64,000 nt of DNA from Leptonemataceae bacterium (GCA_965227295.1 OZ245742.1:2336001-2400000), one strand, 5' to 3'; shown: positions 22,601 through 30,717, counted from the stretch's first letter. Made by a program: numbers and translations. Notes: generated by a model not told the origin, from the sequence alone.

Positions 22601-25600
22601 TCGCCGAAGACTATCACGGCGAAGGCGGCGTGGTAGACCAGGTGGCGGAGCTGGAGATCCAACAGCGAGTCGCATCCCAGAGACACGAATGGGACCTGCG
22701 CATGGAACAGTTCCGCAAGAAACGCCAGGAGTGGGGTGAAAACATTGCGCAGCTTACGAACGTGGGCGAGCAGAAGTGGAGCGACATGACCACCGAGATG
22801 GCCACGGCATGGAACGAGTGGCGGAAAGACTTCGACGCCGAAGCTAAGGCAGCGGAGGACCTGTACCTCGAACGTATTTCGGAAGCGATTGTAGACGAGC
22901 AAGAGTGGACGCAGGAATTCACGACGCTGGCGGCGCAAGGGACGGATGAGCAGACATTAAGAGAGCTGTACGAAGAAATCAACGCGATGGTGACAAACCT
23001 GAGAAGCGGACTACCGGCGGATATGCAGGTGGACATTAACGCGAACGAGATCCTGAACCGCGTGCTGGCGAACAAACCGGACACGCTGAATGAAAGCGTG
23101 GTGATGGCCGGGGAGTACGCGAACACGCAGATTTTCCTCAATGAACTGAAGGACCAGAACTTCGACAACAGCATCCAGGATCGTTATGATGATCTCAATG
23201 AACGTTACGGAGAAATGGCGCAGCGGCTCGTTAGACTGCAAAGCCTGGATAGTCTGTACGGATTGATTGACCTGTTCGATGAAACGATCGCAGAAGCGAA
23301 CGCCAGATTACAGTTGCAGATGGACCAGAAGATGGGCCAGACGAACTGGGTGAAGATGGGTGATTTGTATACGAAGCAGATCAAAACGGCACAGGCAGTG
23401 CTTACGGGACAGCCGAGCATTCCTGTATTTGCGCCGTCGTTCCACGATTACTTTTACTTAAAGCCGGACCTGCGCAGCGAGGCGGTGGTGAAGGATTCGG
23501 AAGGCAAAGAGTGGAACCTAACAGACACTGAGTCCATATTAGCGGACGGCGGACCGAACAGCGCGGAACTGGAAAGCATGGTGCGGCTTGTGCGCAACAA
23601 ACTGGAGAAGGAGTTCGAGCAAACCTACGATCCGGACGAGGAGGTGGACTACGAGGGCACCAGTGGGTTGGTGTTCATTAACTGGCAACAGGCGCTGGCC
23701 GATGCGAGTGCGGCGGCGATTAACCCCTCCACGTGCAACTTAGCCGAGTCCATGGATGAGTGCGCGCGGAACATTATGCAGTCCGGGTACACCGTGGGCC
23801 TCGTGGAAGGCGGGACGTTTGGACGGCACCACTTCGAGGAGTACTACCGCGCACTGACAATCCGCAATTTCTTCGACCAGATGGAAGCAGACGGTAGAGC
23901 CATGCGCGAGTCTACGGGCGGACGGATGGGGCGGGATTTCGGGACGAATTTGACGGCCTTGCACCGCGGTGCGGTGCGGAACATGAGTTCCGCTCTCGAT
24001 GTGCTGGAACGTAATTCGAAGTACGTCCAGATGCTTCAGGTTGCGAACAGGCAGTTACCGATTGCTCAGGCGCAAATCGGCGCGGCGCGGCGCGGACTGG
24101 ATCAATACGAAGACATGAACCAGCGTGTGCGAGTGGGCCTGAGCAAAGGCTGGCAGCGGAACGACGATGAGATCGATGCGGTGATTAAAGTCGGCGGCAC
24201 GATTGTGGCGGGTGTGCTGTATGCCGTCTCGTTCGTCTTTCCTCCGGCTGCAGCCATCGCCTCCGGTGTTCTTGCGGCAGTAGGTTCGTACTCCGGAGTG
24301 CGCGGTAGCTACGAAGGCGGCACGAAAGGCGCGCTGGCGGGAGCGGCGAGTGTGGTGCCGGCGATCGTTAGTAAAGGTGCGGTGAATACAAACTTAAGCT
24401 ACACGTTTCAGGAGGGCTGGAGTGTCGGTGTGGGCGCGGAGGTTTCGAAAGGCGTCGGCCTTGGTGTGAGCTATTCGGAACAAGCGGGTTGGGGTGGTAG
24501 CATCTCTCTCAGCGGCTCTCAGGGTGTCGGTCTTGATTTCAGCATTGGTGAGCAGGGTCGTTACGGTGTGGGCTTGAGTGTCGGCGGCTTATGGCAGACA
24601 GGGGATGCGAGTGGCGGTGCAGACCTGGGCTGGCGCGTTGGTTACAACACGGGGCCGGAAGGCGAAACCTATAGTGTCGGTCTGACGGGGTATGGCGGAG
24701 AGAAATACGGTCCGAATGGCAACGTCGGTATCGGTGTAACCTACAATCAGAATTTAGGTAACGGCTATTACATTAGTGGCGGAGCGAACGGCGGCGCCGG
24801 GTCCGGTTACTTCGGTGGAACGGCAAGCTGGAACTGGACGCGTTTCGGCGGCAGTTCGGCCACGTTCGGTCTGACGTATAAGCCGCCGCGGCCTGATGAT
24901 GACGGCAGTCCGATCGATACGCCGGAGGAGAAAACGGCGTTGGATATGTTTCTCGCCGCCGCACGGCGTGAGGCCGGTGAGGTCTGGGATGATGTCGGCG
25001 GCGGGCTTGGATGGCTGGGCGAGCAGGTGGCCGGCGGGTTTGGATGGTTGGGTGGTGCCGTTACTGGCGGTCTCGCGAGTGTGGCCGGAGCGCTGGGTTG
25101 GGAGAGTGGTGCGAATTGGATCCGAGGAAAGGGGTACTACGAGAACGCGTTGGTCGGAAATCTCGATTACTTCATGGATACTTCCGACGGGAGGCGAGTA
25201 TACTGGGATCCCGAGAAAGGGGCGTTCTTTACAGAGAATCCCAATGGCAATGGGCTGATCCTGAGCAACGCTCTTGGCGAACCTGAGTATCTTGCCGGGC
25301 CTGGTAGTGAGGTTATGTTTCAGCAAATCCAAAAAGATCCTGAACTAGGTCCCTATGTTCATTACTTAAGAGACCTCTCTCATGAGATTGCGGTTCAGCT
25401 TGGAATTGAACCACCGGAAATGCCCGACCCGAGGGACCCAAACTTTGCGCAGAAATTTGAGGAATGGAAAGATATATTCCGAGCGTGGAAGCATGCTACA
25501 GGTACATCGGATCTTGTTGGGATGACCGGAGGGCCTATAAGGCAGCCGCCAAAATTACTTGACGTTCTCAGAAAGCTTCACACGGCCGAAGGTTGGCGTG

Positions 25601-26256
25601 ATCTAAAGACTTATTTGAAAATCGCCTCAGGATTCGATGACACCAACGGGATGCGAGCACTCTTTGTTGGCTCCAAAGCTCCGAGTCTTCAAGACCTGGC
25701 AATGTTTGCGGCCATGAAAGATTGGAACGTCATTCATAGCGGCGGAACTAGAGTCACATTCGTTGACAGAGCCGGCAAGACTCAGTTGAATGTTCACACA
25801 CTTGCTTTCGAAGGTAAAGAACGAGCTTTTCATCATGTATATAATCGAGATGGAATTCGGGTCGACCCCGTGACAGGGGATGCTATACCCGTGGGAGATT
25901 TTACTGGCCTCAAGGGGGCAAGCCTGGATAAACTGATGCAACGCATTCCTTCTCCGCACGAAGTGCAGGACTGGAGAATTCGAAAATTAACTCCGGACAC
26001 TCACGGTGCCCTTGAGGGCTGGGAGTTTGTATGGCGTGAAAACGGTACAACAAAACGTTTGAGAATTCATTCGCCCGACGTTAAACGATCCGAGCATACG
26101 CATGCGGGTAGTGGTTGGACATTTAGATTGCAAGTAGGTAGACGCTATGTGGATAGCGACGGGCATATTCATGCAGCAGGAATCGGTAATGTGGATAGCC
26201 CGAACTACAATCCCGATGCAATAAATGAGACGCATATTCCGATTTACCTGGATTAA
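13624..26256 (+). CDS. Giant (~4210 aa) secreted polymorphic toxin-like protein with C-terminal Ntox30-type tip; architecture reminiscent of Leptospira TIGR04388 'longest' proteins
   Basis: Uninterrupted ORF. Basic-then-hydrophobic N-terminus, long acidic helical body, hydrophobic hairpin, Gly-rich beta region, and a lower-GC tip with RIH and THIP motifs. Family link is from recollection only. Confidence 0.8.
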   Translation: MNFRFAFPRSFLSLRRRYRRFARKSRLHRRSLSSFMSLLFLVQFVLAPTGVFAQTFDRLDEDVNKNRIGDYANAVEGADDEDDWNEFVGSGADLLRAEWEYRADLLLEQEVTAGAAREDLEAEKALAREAWEAELDDEIDQRRGRWRARTAAQSLDSLLDDIDYDELVAAVNDANALMFTDADDAATRVAAWDAIAGNRAALAKAAWESQLDAEMAALQSQGVALGAEEQAAFLSELERQRSLAESVYKSEESVFVTSARRKFVTEANAGDDLARALAQSTDPAEIARLLVQQTELEMERLGVLPGDVRFDGVDAQLILTGAGDYQDQVSQALEAGQSAWKSAIDELIARKIGFDEQVAASRQAGENQWATAYTTILDARETWLADVEAQIQRGLEAWDAAESGLAENRQLAEEELARLIESDRREFQEHNRGIGQLVSGASQTLETIVENQRWFQHKIADLQADIVRLNGESESFADGLAIGGTPEWTAWYNAHRTDHTNAEMQERQNRINVYTGELNYWNSLEAEYRQIITDAESVVHDQDMRDGGSGPGYFHDDGTEGDVLLLTATEFELKLARARLAVLEEERSRAKEVYDYALAATKLSAAEIETQLATAKDAYDLAETEYLTELSALNGGGSQSLTRVGLSDESSRAAGETTDLGPTLLDDVNTRAAELETEALELERARTALDNARQAYEQTVKLQVLIQNPQMLSDIGLLSTDPYEVNEDGENEGLRYEIFKAEKDLAEAREKMRQQEKAYVRLLYERETALRSTGFFNQTNERIILHEETKDRLAELSAIIGGGDALEDKLTALAAGTTLTDLYGNQAADALRDRITELADALANAAGPVTSETQNLNTGLGDFGPAHAVLDANFTGAERARLTQYADRVDGVLDALADISGLDWTGLGLPDMRALATSLRDHSTEPGTLAADYSTAFNDLQTELTAYQAYAAANAGAEASADYQARTAAVLIATDEYRLAAARYEQRYQLARSAQAQLETLLDRALTSGPILTDATLTGDARSAALATITAQKDEHTAVKAEALAAIESVDAGFEALVEAFTNHGERLGEYRTALGERNLAYREAGDFLTELHENLRGSLASQRSQLGFLLDENADEALLESMDAEHRRGLATAAAETNLRAIELLEGYLGVDRDVNVLLIEVTEDINHRLANYDATDAGQRRELTALRAVEQYVGRSANLLANLSEDERAELLAGLADERDFAIALRDFYVSDGVMDDAEQLAIRSGGNPEERRLLSAYFNPPAQMMFGEAAFGATAAESYLTSQHRRFAEQVRAGLIQSAITDRYHEEQENKITGLIQEMKTAVPALASLSASQLYNDSEPVDPSGLAHDTDAEDARRAILASLLSAAGSETGDRLTALYDIAQLETIYGPAIAVEVYTDLARVVDGYGSAGQELVRASQAIVDQAAEFDAEVDALLDAYDAKLSYEGQRDRVAAALALLEYEDPASGSTAAVGQADVDAHVANLDIPGGDDPAVDHPADWTPVDDTDGDSPGDAGWDPSYETEVFVQPYAGLDASELEQDRDDLNTALADWDNKRTELDTAIATYRAAKATFDAFVAANPGSEGTPAYEAEITTYAAAVNDMYFAYREHNNFFTALEFVAERSAASGATFFAAAQAIDASAVVTTEESAFLSAADVLLTERDDRAQTEFDFTQAAVDVGTARNRYTEAESALATETTEADDFIADLGDRVDVRISAVSTDAVSANELIDVLAELRRFFTEKQARGEEINPTIVNSLEAAGQVLDELAALKDYQARGASVSVEDARQERTDAQEESEQMQKFGEVLLELQQFIANTEAAGAGLHEQGAKIKELLAKYEKAKDDYGSVYTFSAEVEDAMTLLRDHAWAQHKRQLVDAYLAKRGQLSVDEFMEDVVEGRFFSQPVNPNQTEAPTVTFGGGVAPEAEEISGDFLGQTLDAAQLSEVRALLSEYAARARIDDAGIVADIDALLATEDAAVRAAIEDEALVTVFNNFNSANAVGVGNHAQLPDVLKNYGLVSAYESYAVLLQLDLDDADDRTLAMQRFLDTMTTENRAAAEPVLSEYLTNFDARNPSFYLPAELKARHAKERYFAMRYTDELSPGDVTALNDWLAAEKYDAGVSGAVGEAVRTAYILDNYYGESADDYLDSIDADLTALTGTGVNATERQAFVLGLTGLLSAAGDAYVEPEAMIAGEVVYDNFTFADNTQALKEALRNEQIAHTVELAAAERAAVRAGYFYDYKSGARTIRSFKSYVNIGLGGLAEPDEATQIAGQLAELEHQAEHRLGAFVGLVEQYSSFAYNPDPAYDNNLNIRDTIAEINTDFVLQDGQYAKNPDGSYVFEGGLNNTQVRLDEYVNANTAAFTAADRDAYAQVQKWEGQVDQLQETIVTAGQEAVIVSNALGTYGSDVGAITNALQGAREEFEQRERDFGEAEEEYENAEDNLRDARNAYRAQQELVLTNYNALKSAEEELDRLSGLHDQAVLEEYSQQTNEQGEVETIGDTLETVQARYEAADEAYQTQLEKIQALEEKLDRQVTKAELAAAAEVQTNRQETEDWAMHAMRFSRAESILEDKINDLHVQIDNLKGQMEYAGLGQHFDISRSRFVGKRQDLDGYLDYGSAAYIDSERMHRARYRHLEGFLRGEIGPWDLIYSSLGGIYAKPYLGVTINFTEASGGIYYTDVPGWSEGLRVNSGGRYDLYGFAQEYNQGKTGTNDILLNLVKDQFPTAWDGEAWAYARATTDAASFNNGMTALYNSDVAGQAVIYAAMGAAGLGFLFQLYAKDTAFKDQLDRAMDRLYGLPTTNLVQQGNELKNLYAELHRLTDIDSVEKLRDVLDDPEYGLTADDVALIQGSGTLDQLIWKGGKEDLSLDDVVGANGLPIAQDKAIHDEFGFYVRDGEFSAGNITANPTGTDKYGRRTALMVSADEFTDALAAMSQTQYEIEREEYFRAAETMTEDRVQADTVTILDEREEFYGTLMQQAASVGVQFEMYRALAEDYHGEGGVVDQVAELEIQQRVASQRHEWDLRMEQFRKKRQEWGENIAQLTNVGEQKWSDMTTEMATAWNEWRKDFDAEAKAAEDLYLERISEAIVDEQEWTQEFTTLAAQGTDEQTLRELYEEINAMVTNLRSGLPADMQVDINANEILNRVLANKPDTLNESVVMAGEYANTQIFLNELKDQNFDNSIQDRYDDLNERYGEMAQRLVRLQSLDSLYGLIDLFDETIAEANARLQLQMDQKMGQTNWVKMGDLYTKQIKTAQAVLTGQPSIPVFAPSFHDYFYLKPDLRSEAVVKDSEGKEWNLTDTESILADGGPNSAELESMVRLVRNKLEKEFEQTYDPDEEVDYEGTSGLVFINWQQALADASAAAINPSTCNLAESMDECARNIMQSGYTVGLVEGGTFGRHHFEEYYRALTIRNFFDQMEADGRAMRESTGGRMGRDFGTNLTALHRGAVRNMSSALDVLERNSKYVQMLQVANRQLPIAQAQIGAARRGLDQYEDMNQRVRVGLSKGWQRNDDEIDAVIKVGGTIVAGVLYAVSFVFPPAAAIASGVLAAVGSYSGVRGSYEGGTKGALAGAASVVPAIVSKGAVNTNLSYTFQEGWSVGVGAEVSKGVGLGVSYSEQAGWGGSISLSGSQGVGLDFSIGEQGRYGVGLSVGGLWQTGDASGGADLGWRVGYNTGPEGETYSVGLTGYGGEKYGPNGNVGIGVTYNQNLGNGYYISGGANGGAGSGYFGGTASWNWTRFGGSSATFGLTYKPPRPDDDGSPIDTPEEKTALDMFLAAARREAGEVWDDVGGGLGWLGEQVAGGFGWLGGAVTGGLASVAGALGWESGANWIRGKGYYENALVGNLDYFMDTSDGRRVYWDPEKGAFFTENPNGNGLILSNALGEPEYLAGPGSEVMFQQIQKDPELGPYVHYLRDLSHEIAVQLGIEPPEMPDPRDPNFAQKFEEWKDIFRAWKHATGTSDLVGMTGGPIRQPPKLLDVLRKLHTAEGWRDLKTYLKIASGFDDTNGMRALFVGSKAPSLQDLAMFAAMKDWNVIHSGGTRVTFVDRAGKTQLNVHTLAFEGKERAFHHVYNRDGIRVDPVTGDAIPVGDFTGLKGASLDKLMQRIPSPHEVQDWRIRKLTPDTHGALEGWEFVWRENGTTKRLRIHSPDVKRSEHTHAGSGWTFRLQVGRRYVDSDGHIHAAGIGNVDSPNYNPDAINETHIPIYLD

Positions 26257-26263
26257 TATCACC

Positions 26264-26716
26264 ATGCTTGACCTGGAAGGAATAAGAACTCGCTTCAAAT
26301 CAACTGATCGCGAAGTTCGCATCGCGCAGATTCATACCGTGGGAGATCATATCTACCCTCGCGGCGAACCACAGGAGATATATATTGATAACTTTGACGA
26401 AATTATCGATTTCCTAATTGGAGTGGTCGGTTACGAAAAGGATGAGGATGTCCGAGAGGAAGTTTTAACGGCGTTGTTCTATGCTTGCTCTTCCAGTACG
26501 CGAATTGAGAAGCATGACATATCCGCACTCCTTGAGGTCCTTTCCGACCTGAGTGACCAATCGCTGGAGTATGCCCTATCCTGCATTGGCTTTACGCATG
26601 ACCCTCAGCATTTGGAAACTCTAAGGCGGTTCCTGGATCATACGTCGCCAATCGTAATGGACGCTGCACACGAAGCTATTTTTGAGATCGAAAATAGAAA
26701 GAACCGGGAGCTGTAA
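26264..26716 (+). CDS. HEAT-repeat-like candidate immunity protein
   Basis: Starts 7 nt after the toxin stop; helical repeats (DEDVREEVLTAL, SPIVMDAAHEAIFEI); no signal peptide. Confidence 0.7.
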   Translation: MLDLEGIRTRFKSTDREVRIAQIHTVGDHIYPRGEPQEIYIDNFDEIIDFLIGVVGYEKDEDVREEVLTALFYACSSSTRIEKHDISALLEVLSDLSDQSLEYALSCIGFTHDPQHLETLRRFLDHTSPIVMDAAHEAIFEIENRKNREL

Positions 26717-26782
26717 TGCCGAAAACCTATCTCAGGTGACCTCCCGCCATTCATAACGATCATGACTCCCTCGCACGTGTCG

Positions 26783-27066
26783 CCGATTGTAGTTGCAAAC
26801 GTAGATTGCTCGTCGCATACTTGCGAAAATGTGCCCAACAGGCACACCGAAATGTCTGATGTAATGGAGACGTTTCGGATGAGATCAGAGGATCTTTAAC
26901 AGGCAAGCAGTGATAGTCTGAACGGACTGACTGCGGCGAGAAGAAACAGCAGAGGTTCGCCTCTGCCGAAACGATATGCTGAATTCCGCACACGTGTGCG
27001 GAATTCGCCGCTCCGTAAGCGCGGACCGTTCAGTTCTTTGCGGCTAATATCTGATTCACAAGCGTT
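26783..27066. repeat. Junction element copy A (core only)
   Basis: Near-identical to the cores of copies B-D; palindrome at 26981-27006; fused directly to cassette 1. Confidence 0.9.
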
Positions 27067-30000
27067 GTGCTGGCGAACAAACCGGACACGCTGAATGAAA
27101 GCGTGGTGATGGCGGGAGAATACGCGAACACGCAGATTTTCCTCAATGAACTGAAGGACCAGAACTTCGACAACAGCATCCAGGATCGTTATGATGATCT
27201 CAACGAACGTTACGGGGAAATGGCGCAACGACTCGTTAGACTGCAAAGCCTGGATAGTCTGTACGGATTGATTGACCTGTTCGATGAAACGATCGCAGAA
27301 GCGAACGCCAGATTACAGTTGCAGATGGACCAGAAGATGGGCCAGACGAACTGGGTGAAGATGGGTGATTTGTATACGAAGCAGATCAAAACGGCACAGG
27401 CAGTGCTTACGGGACAGCCGAGCATTCCCGTGTTTGCACCGTCGTTCCACGATTACTTTTACTTGAAGCCGGACCTCCGCAGTGAAGCGGTGGTGAAAGA
27501 CTCGGAAGGCAAAGAGTGGAACCTAACAGACACTGAGTCCATATTAGCAGACGGCGGACCGAGCAGCGCGGAACTGGAAAGTATGGTGCGGCTGGTGCGC
27601 AACAAGCTGGAGAAAGAGTTCGAAGCGACATACGATCCGGATGAGGAAGTGGACTACGAAGGAACGAGTGGGCTGGTGTTTATTAACTGGCAACAGGCCC
27701 TTGCGGATGCCAGCGCGGCCGCGATTAACCCATCCACCTGTAACTTAGCAGAAAGCATGGATGAATGCGCCCGGAACATTATGCAGTCCGGGTATACCGT
27801 GGGCCTTGTGGAAGGCGGGACGTTTGGACGGCACCACTTCGAGGAGTACTACCGCGCACTGACAATCCGCAATTTCTTCGACCAGATGGAAGCAGACGGT
27901 AGAGCTATGCGTGAAAGTACCGGCGGTCGCATGGGGCGGGACTTCGGGACGAATTTGACGGCCATACACCGCGGTACGGTGCGAAACATGGACTGGGCGT
28001 TGAATACTCTGGAACGTAATTCGAAGTACGTCCAGATGCTTCAGGTTGCGAACAGGCAGTTACCGATTACTCAGGCGCAAATCGGCGCGGCGCGGCGCGG
28101 GCTGGATCAATACGAAGACATGAACCAGCGCGTGCGGGTGGGACTGAGCAAAGGCTGGCAGCGGAACGACGATGAGATAGATGCGGTGATTAAAGTGGGC
28201 GGCACGATTGTGGCGGGTGTGCTGTATGCCGTCTCGTTCGTCTTTCCTCCGGCGGCAGCCGTCGCTTCCGGAATCTTAGCAGCAGTAGGTTCGTACTCCG
28301 GAGTGCGTGGAAGTTATGAAGGCGGCACAAAGGGCGCGCTGGCGGGAGCGGCGAGTGTGGTGCCGGCGATCGTTACCAAAGGTGCGGTGAATACAAACTT
28401 AAGCTACACGTTTCAGGAGGGCTGGAGCGCCGGTGTGGGCGCGCAGGTGACAAAGGGCATTGCCGCCGGTGTGAATTACTCCGAACAGGCCGGTTGGGGC
28501 GGCAATGTTAGCATCGGCCTCGGCGATTCACCGTTCGCTCTTGATTTGAGCGTGGGTGAATACGGCCGGTACGGCGCGGGGCTGACGTATAACTTTATTC
28601 AGTCGCCGAATGACGTCAGTAATCAACTGACCAGCGGCTTACGCGTGGGTTTTAATCAGGGGCCGGAAGGTAATACGTATAGCCTGGGGCTGAATGCTTC
28701 ACTGGTGGATACCGTGAACAGCACGAGTGGGAGCCTGGGTCTGGGGCTGACTTACAACAAGAACTTCGGAACCGGCTTTTATGTGAGCGGCGGGGCCGGC
28801 GGCGGTACGCATAGCGGCGGTCTCGGTACAACAGCGCAGTATAACTGGAGCAGATTCGGGGAGGACTCGACGACATTCGGTCTGACGTACAGCAAGCCGC
28901 GGGATTGGGATGGTTCTGACGGTCCGAATACTCCTGCGCAGAAGAATCTGCTCGACCTGTTTTTGGCGTCCGGCACAGGGCGGACGATGCGGGAGTTCTT
29001 TGGGGATGTCAGCCGGATGGGTATGACCGACGCGGAGAAAGAACAGGAGTATCAACAGTACCTTGCGGCGAAAGAGAAGGCGGAGTTCAACCGATTGCTG
29101 AGTCTGGAGGGTTTCTCCAGCATTGGAGATGCCGCGTTGATGGGCGTCGCCATTCTTCGTAACAACGACTTTGAGCCGGATTCCAAGCAAGGGAATCATG
29201 AACAATACGAAGAGATGGTGGATCGCCTGGAGCAGCGGAAGCTGGAGAAGGGCGATGAGCTATCGAAACTCGACGTCGCCGCTGTTGCGCAAGAGATGGC
29301 CGGGGAGGCCGAACTCAGCATCAATTGGATCGATACGCACGAGCGAGCTGTTGCTATTAAGCAGCAGGATATTCGGGAAGAGAGGTTGGCGAATGCGCCT
29401 GCGGATTCTTCCGAGGAAGGTGTTGCTTTCTACGGAGAAGGGGGCAGTGGATCCTGGCCATCACCTCAGCCAACCATTGTCGGTCCCGGTTATCACATTC
29501 CCGGGCCCGATATTAGCTTTCCTGATTTATGGGATAATCCGAATACGAAAGATGATAACTCAAACCCGTGGCAGTTGGATTGGAATCTTGACCGTTCGAA
29601 CGAAATTCCGGATTGGGGGGACTATGGAGCTACGGGAGAATGGGAAGGATACGATGGGGGCGGGGGCCGCTTTGGTGGTCACGGAGCTTCTTATGGAGTT
29701 GAAGATAAGGAATGGGATGTAGTATTCTTCCAGACTAACGTTACCTTCGGTATTGGCGTTGGCGGCTCAGCCGGATGGGGCGGGGCAATTGACCTCGGAA
29801 ATTTGAATTATGCCTTTGGGACACCAGCAGGTATCTATTATGGTTTGGATGACGGCCTTTCCGGAACAATCGGTATGTCTAATGTGCAAAACCCAAGAAG
29901 TCTCTTTACTAATGCCACAACCGATACTTCAATGGTTTTTCTAGTCGGTGGTAACCATAAGGTCATCCATGAGACCCATGATCCCAATACTGCGAGGCAT

Positions 30001-30123
30001 GCCTTAGGCGTTGTCATTGGCGCCAGAGTTGCCGCAACAACAACGCCAGGGTTTCAGACAGTCGATCCATGGAGCGCCTATCTAAAATGGAGGGAGGATT
30101 TGCGTCAATCAATGATGCAGTAA
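27067..30123 (+). CDS. Orphan toxin cassette 1 (5'-truncated copy plus alternative C-terminus)
   Basis: Matches the giant gene from 23062 (VLANKPD) and diverges after about LDLFLA (~28970). No clear native start. Confidence 0.85.
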   Translation: MLANKPDTLNESVVMAGEYANTQIFLNELKDQNFDNSIQDRYDDLNERYGEMAQRLVRLQSLDSLYGLIDLFDETIAEANARLQLQMDQKMGQTNWVKMGDLYTKQIKTAQAVLTGQPSIPVFAPSFHDYFYLKPDLRSEAVVKDSEGKEWNLTDTESILADGGPSSAELESMVRLVRNKLEKEFEATYDPDEEVDYEGTSGLVFINWQQALADASAAAINPSTCNLAESMDECARNIMQSGYTVGLVEGGTFGRHHFEEYYRALTIRNFFDQMEADGRAMRESTGGRMGRDFGTNLTAIHRGTVRNMDWALNTLERNSKYVQMLQVANRQLPITQAQIGAARRGLDQYEDMNQRVRVGLSKGWQRNDDEIDAVIKVGGTIVAGVLYAVSFVFPPAAAVASGILAAVGSYSGVRGSYEGGTKGALAGAASVVPAIVTKGAVNTNLSYTFQEGWSAGVGAQVTKGIAAGVNYSEQAGWGGNVSIGLGDSPFALDLSVGEYGRYGAGLTYNFIQSPNDVSNQLTSGLRVGFNQGPEGNTYSLGLNASLVDTVNSTSGSLGLGLTYNKNFGTGFYVSGGAGGGTHSGGLGTTAQYNWSRFGEDSTTFGLTYSKPRDWDGSDGPNTPAQKNLLDLFLASGTGRTMREFFGDVSRMGMTDAEKEQEYQQYLAAKEKAEFNRLLSLEGFSSIGDAALMGVAILRNNDFEPDSKQGNHEQYEEMVDRLEQRKLEKGDELSKLDVAAVAQEMAGEAELSINWIDTHERAVAIKQQDIREERLANAPADSSEEGVAFYGEGGSGSWPSPQPTIVGPGYHIPGPDISFPDLWDNPNTKDDNSNPWQLDWNLDRSNEIPDWGDYGATGEWEGYDGGGGRFGGHGASYGVEDKEWDVVFFQTNVTFGIGVGGSAGWGGAIDLGNLNYAFGTPAGIYYGLDDGLSGTIGMSNVQNPRSLFTNATTDTSMVFLVGGNHKVIHETHDPNTARHALGVVIGARVAATTTPGFQTVDPWSAYLKWREDLRQSMMQ

Positions 30124-30130
30124 GAGAAAG

Positions 30131-30439
30131 ATGGTACAAATCTTGGCGCTAATATTCGTAGCTTTGGTGATTGCCATTCTTGGTGTGTCGACGTATTGGT
30201 TTCACCATTATTCAAAGCTGGTGCGAGAGCATATGCGCGAGAATGGGTATGAAATGGAAGGGTACATTTCTATCGGTTACCCCTGGCTCTATTTGCAATA
30301 TAGCATGTATCTTGAAGAAAATAATAAGAAGCTCCCCACGGAGCTATATCGGTGCCTTTGGATCCCATTCGTCGGTGTCGTCCTCTGTATGCTATTCACG
30401 TTTGGTTTCATACATCTGGTAACGACTGTCTTTCGTTAA
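30131..30439 (+). CDS. Two-TM candidate immunity protein of cassette 1
   Basis: 7 nt after the cassette stop; two hydrophobic helices; low GC. Confidence 0.65.
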   Translation: MVQILALIFVALVIAILGVSTYWFHHYSKLVREHMRENGYEMEGYISIGYPWLYLQYSMYLEENNKKLPTELYRCLWIPFVGVVLCMLFTFGFIHLVTTVFR

Positions 30440-30463
30440 TTCCTCAGTGGGAGTGATGTTCGT

Positions 30464-30706
30464 ATGAACGAAGAGAATATTGACTTTTATGCTAATCAGA
30501 TTGCGGTAAATATGAATCCGCTTGAAGTAGAGATTGATGCAAAGATTATCAGATCAGATGGCAATGAGGGGGGCCGGCTATTCTTGCGATTGCCGCCAGC
30601 GCTGGCACTAGGATTAGTTCATGGTCTCTCTGCTCAGCTTGATGCATTCCAGGAGCAATTTGGTGAGATTAAACTCCCGGAAGGCTTAGTTCAGAGAAAA
30701 AAATGA
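30464..30706 (+). CDS. DUF3467-like small protein
   Basis: FYANQIAV...RLPPALA...L...FQEQFGEI pattern; GGGAG upstream. Confidence 0.6.
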   Translation: MNEENIDFYANQIAVNMNPLEVEIDAKIIRSDGNEGGRLFLRLPPALALGLVHGLSAQLDAFQEQFGEIKLPEGLVQRKK

Positions 30707-30717
30707 CGGTTCTGAGG

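Noticed and set aside
13624..26256. Giant ORF as phage tape measure, Rhs, CdiA or intein-containing protein
   Set aside because: No phage genes nearby, and no YD or FHA repeats, TPS domain or Hint motifs recognised.
26890..27070. Junction core as an integron attC site (TTTAAC...GCGTT)
   Set aside because: The ends do not pair beyond AAC/GTT, the R and L boxes are not convincing, and no tyrosine integrase is in the window. An IntegronFinder run would settle it.
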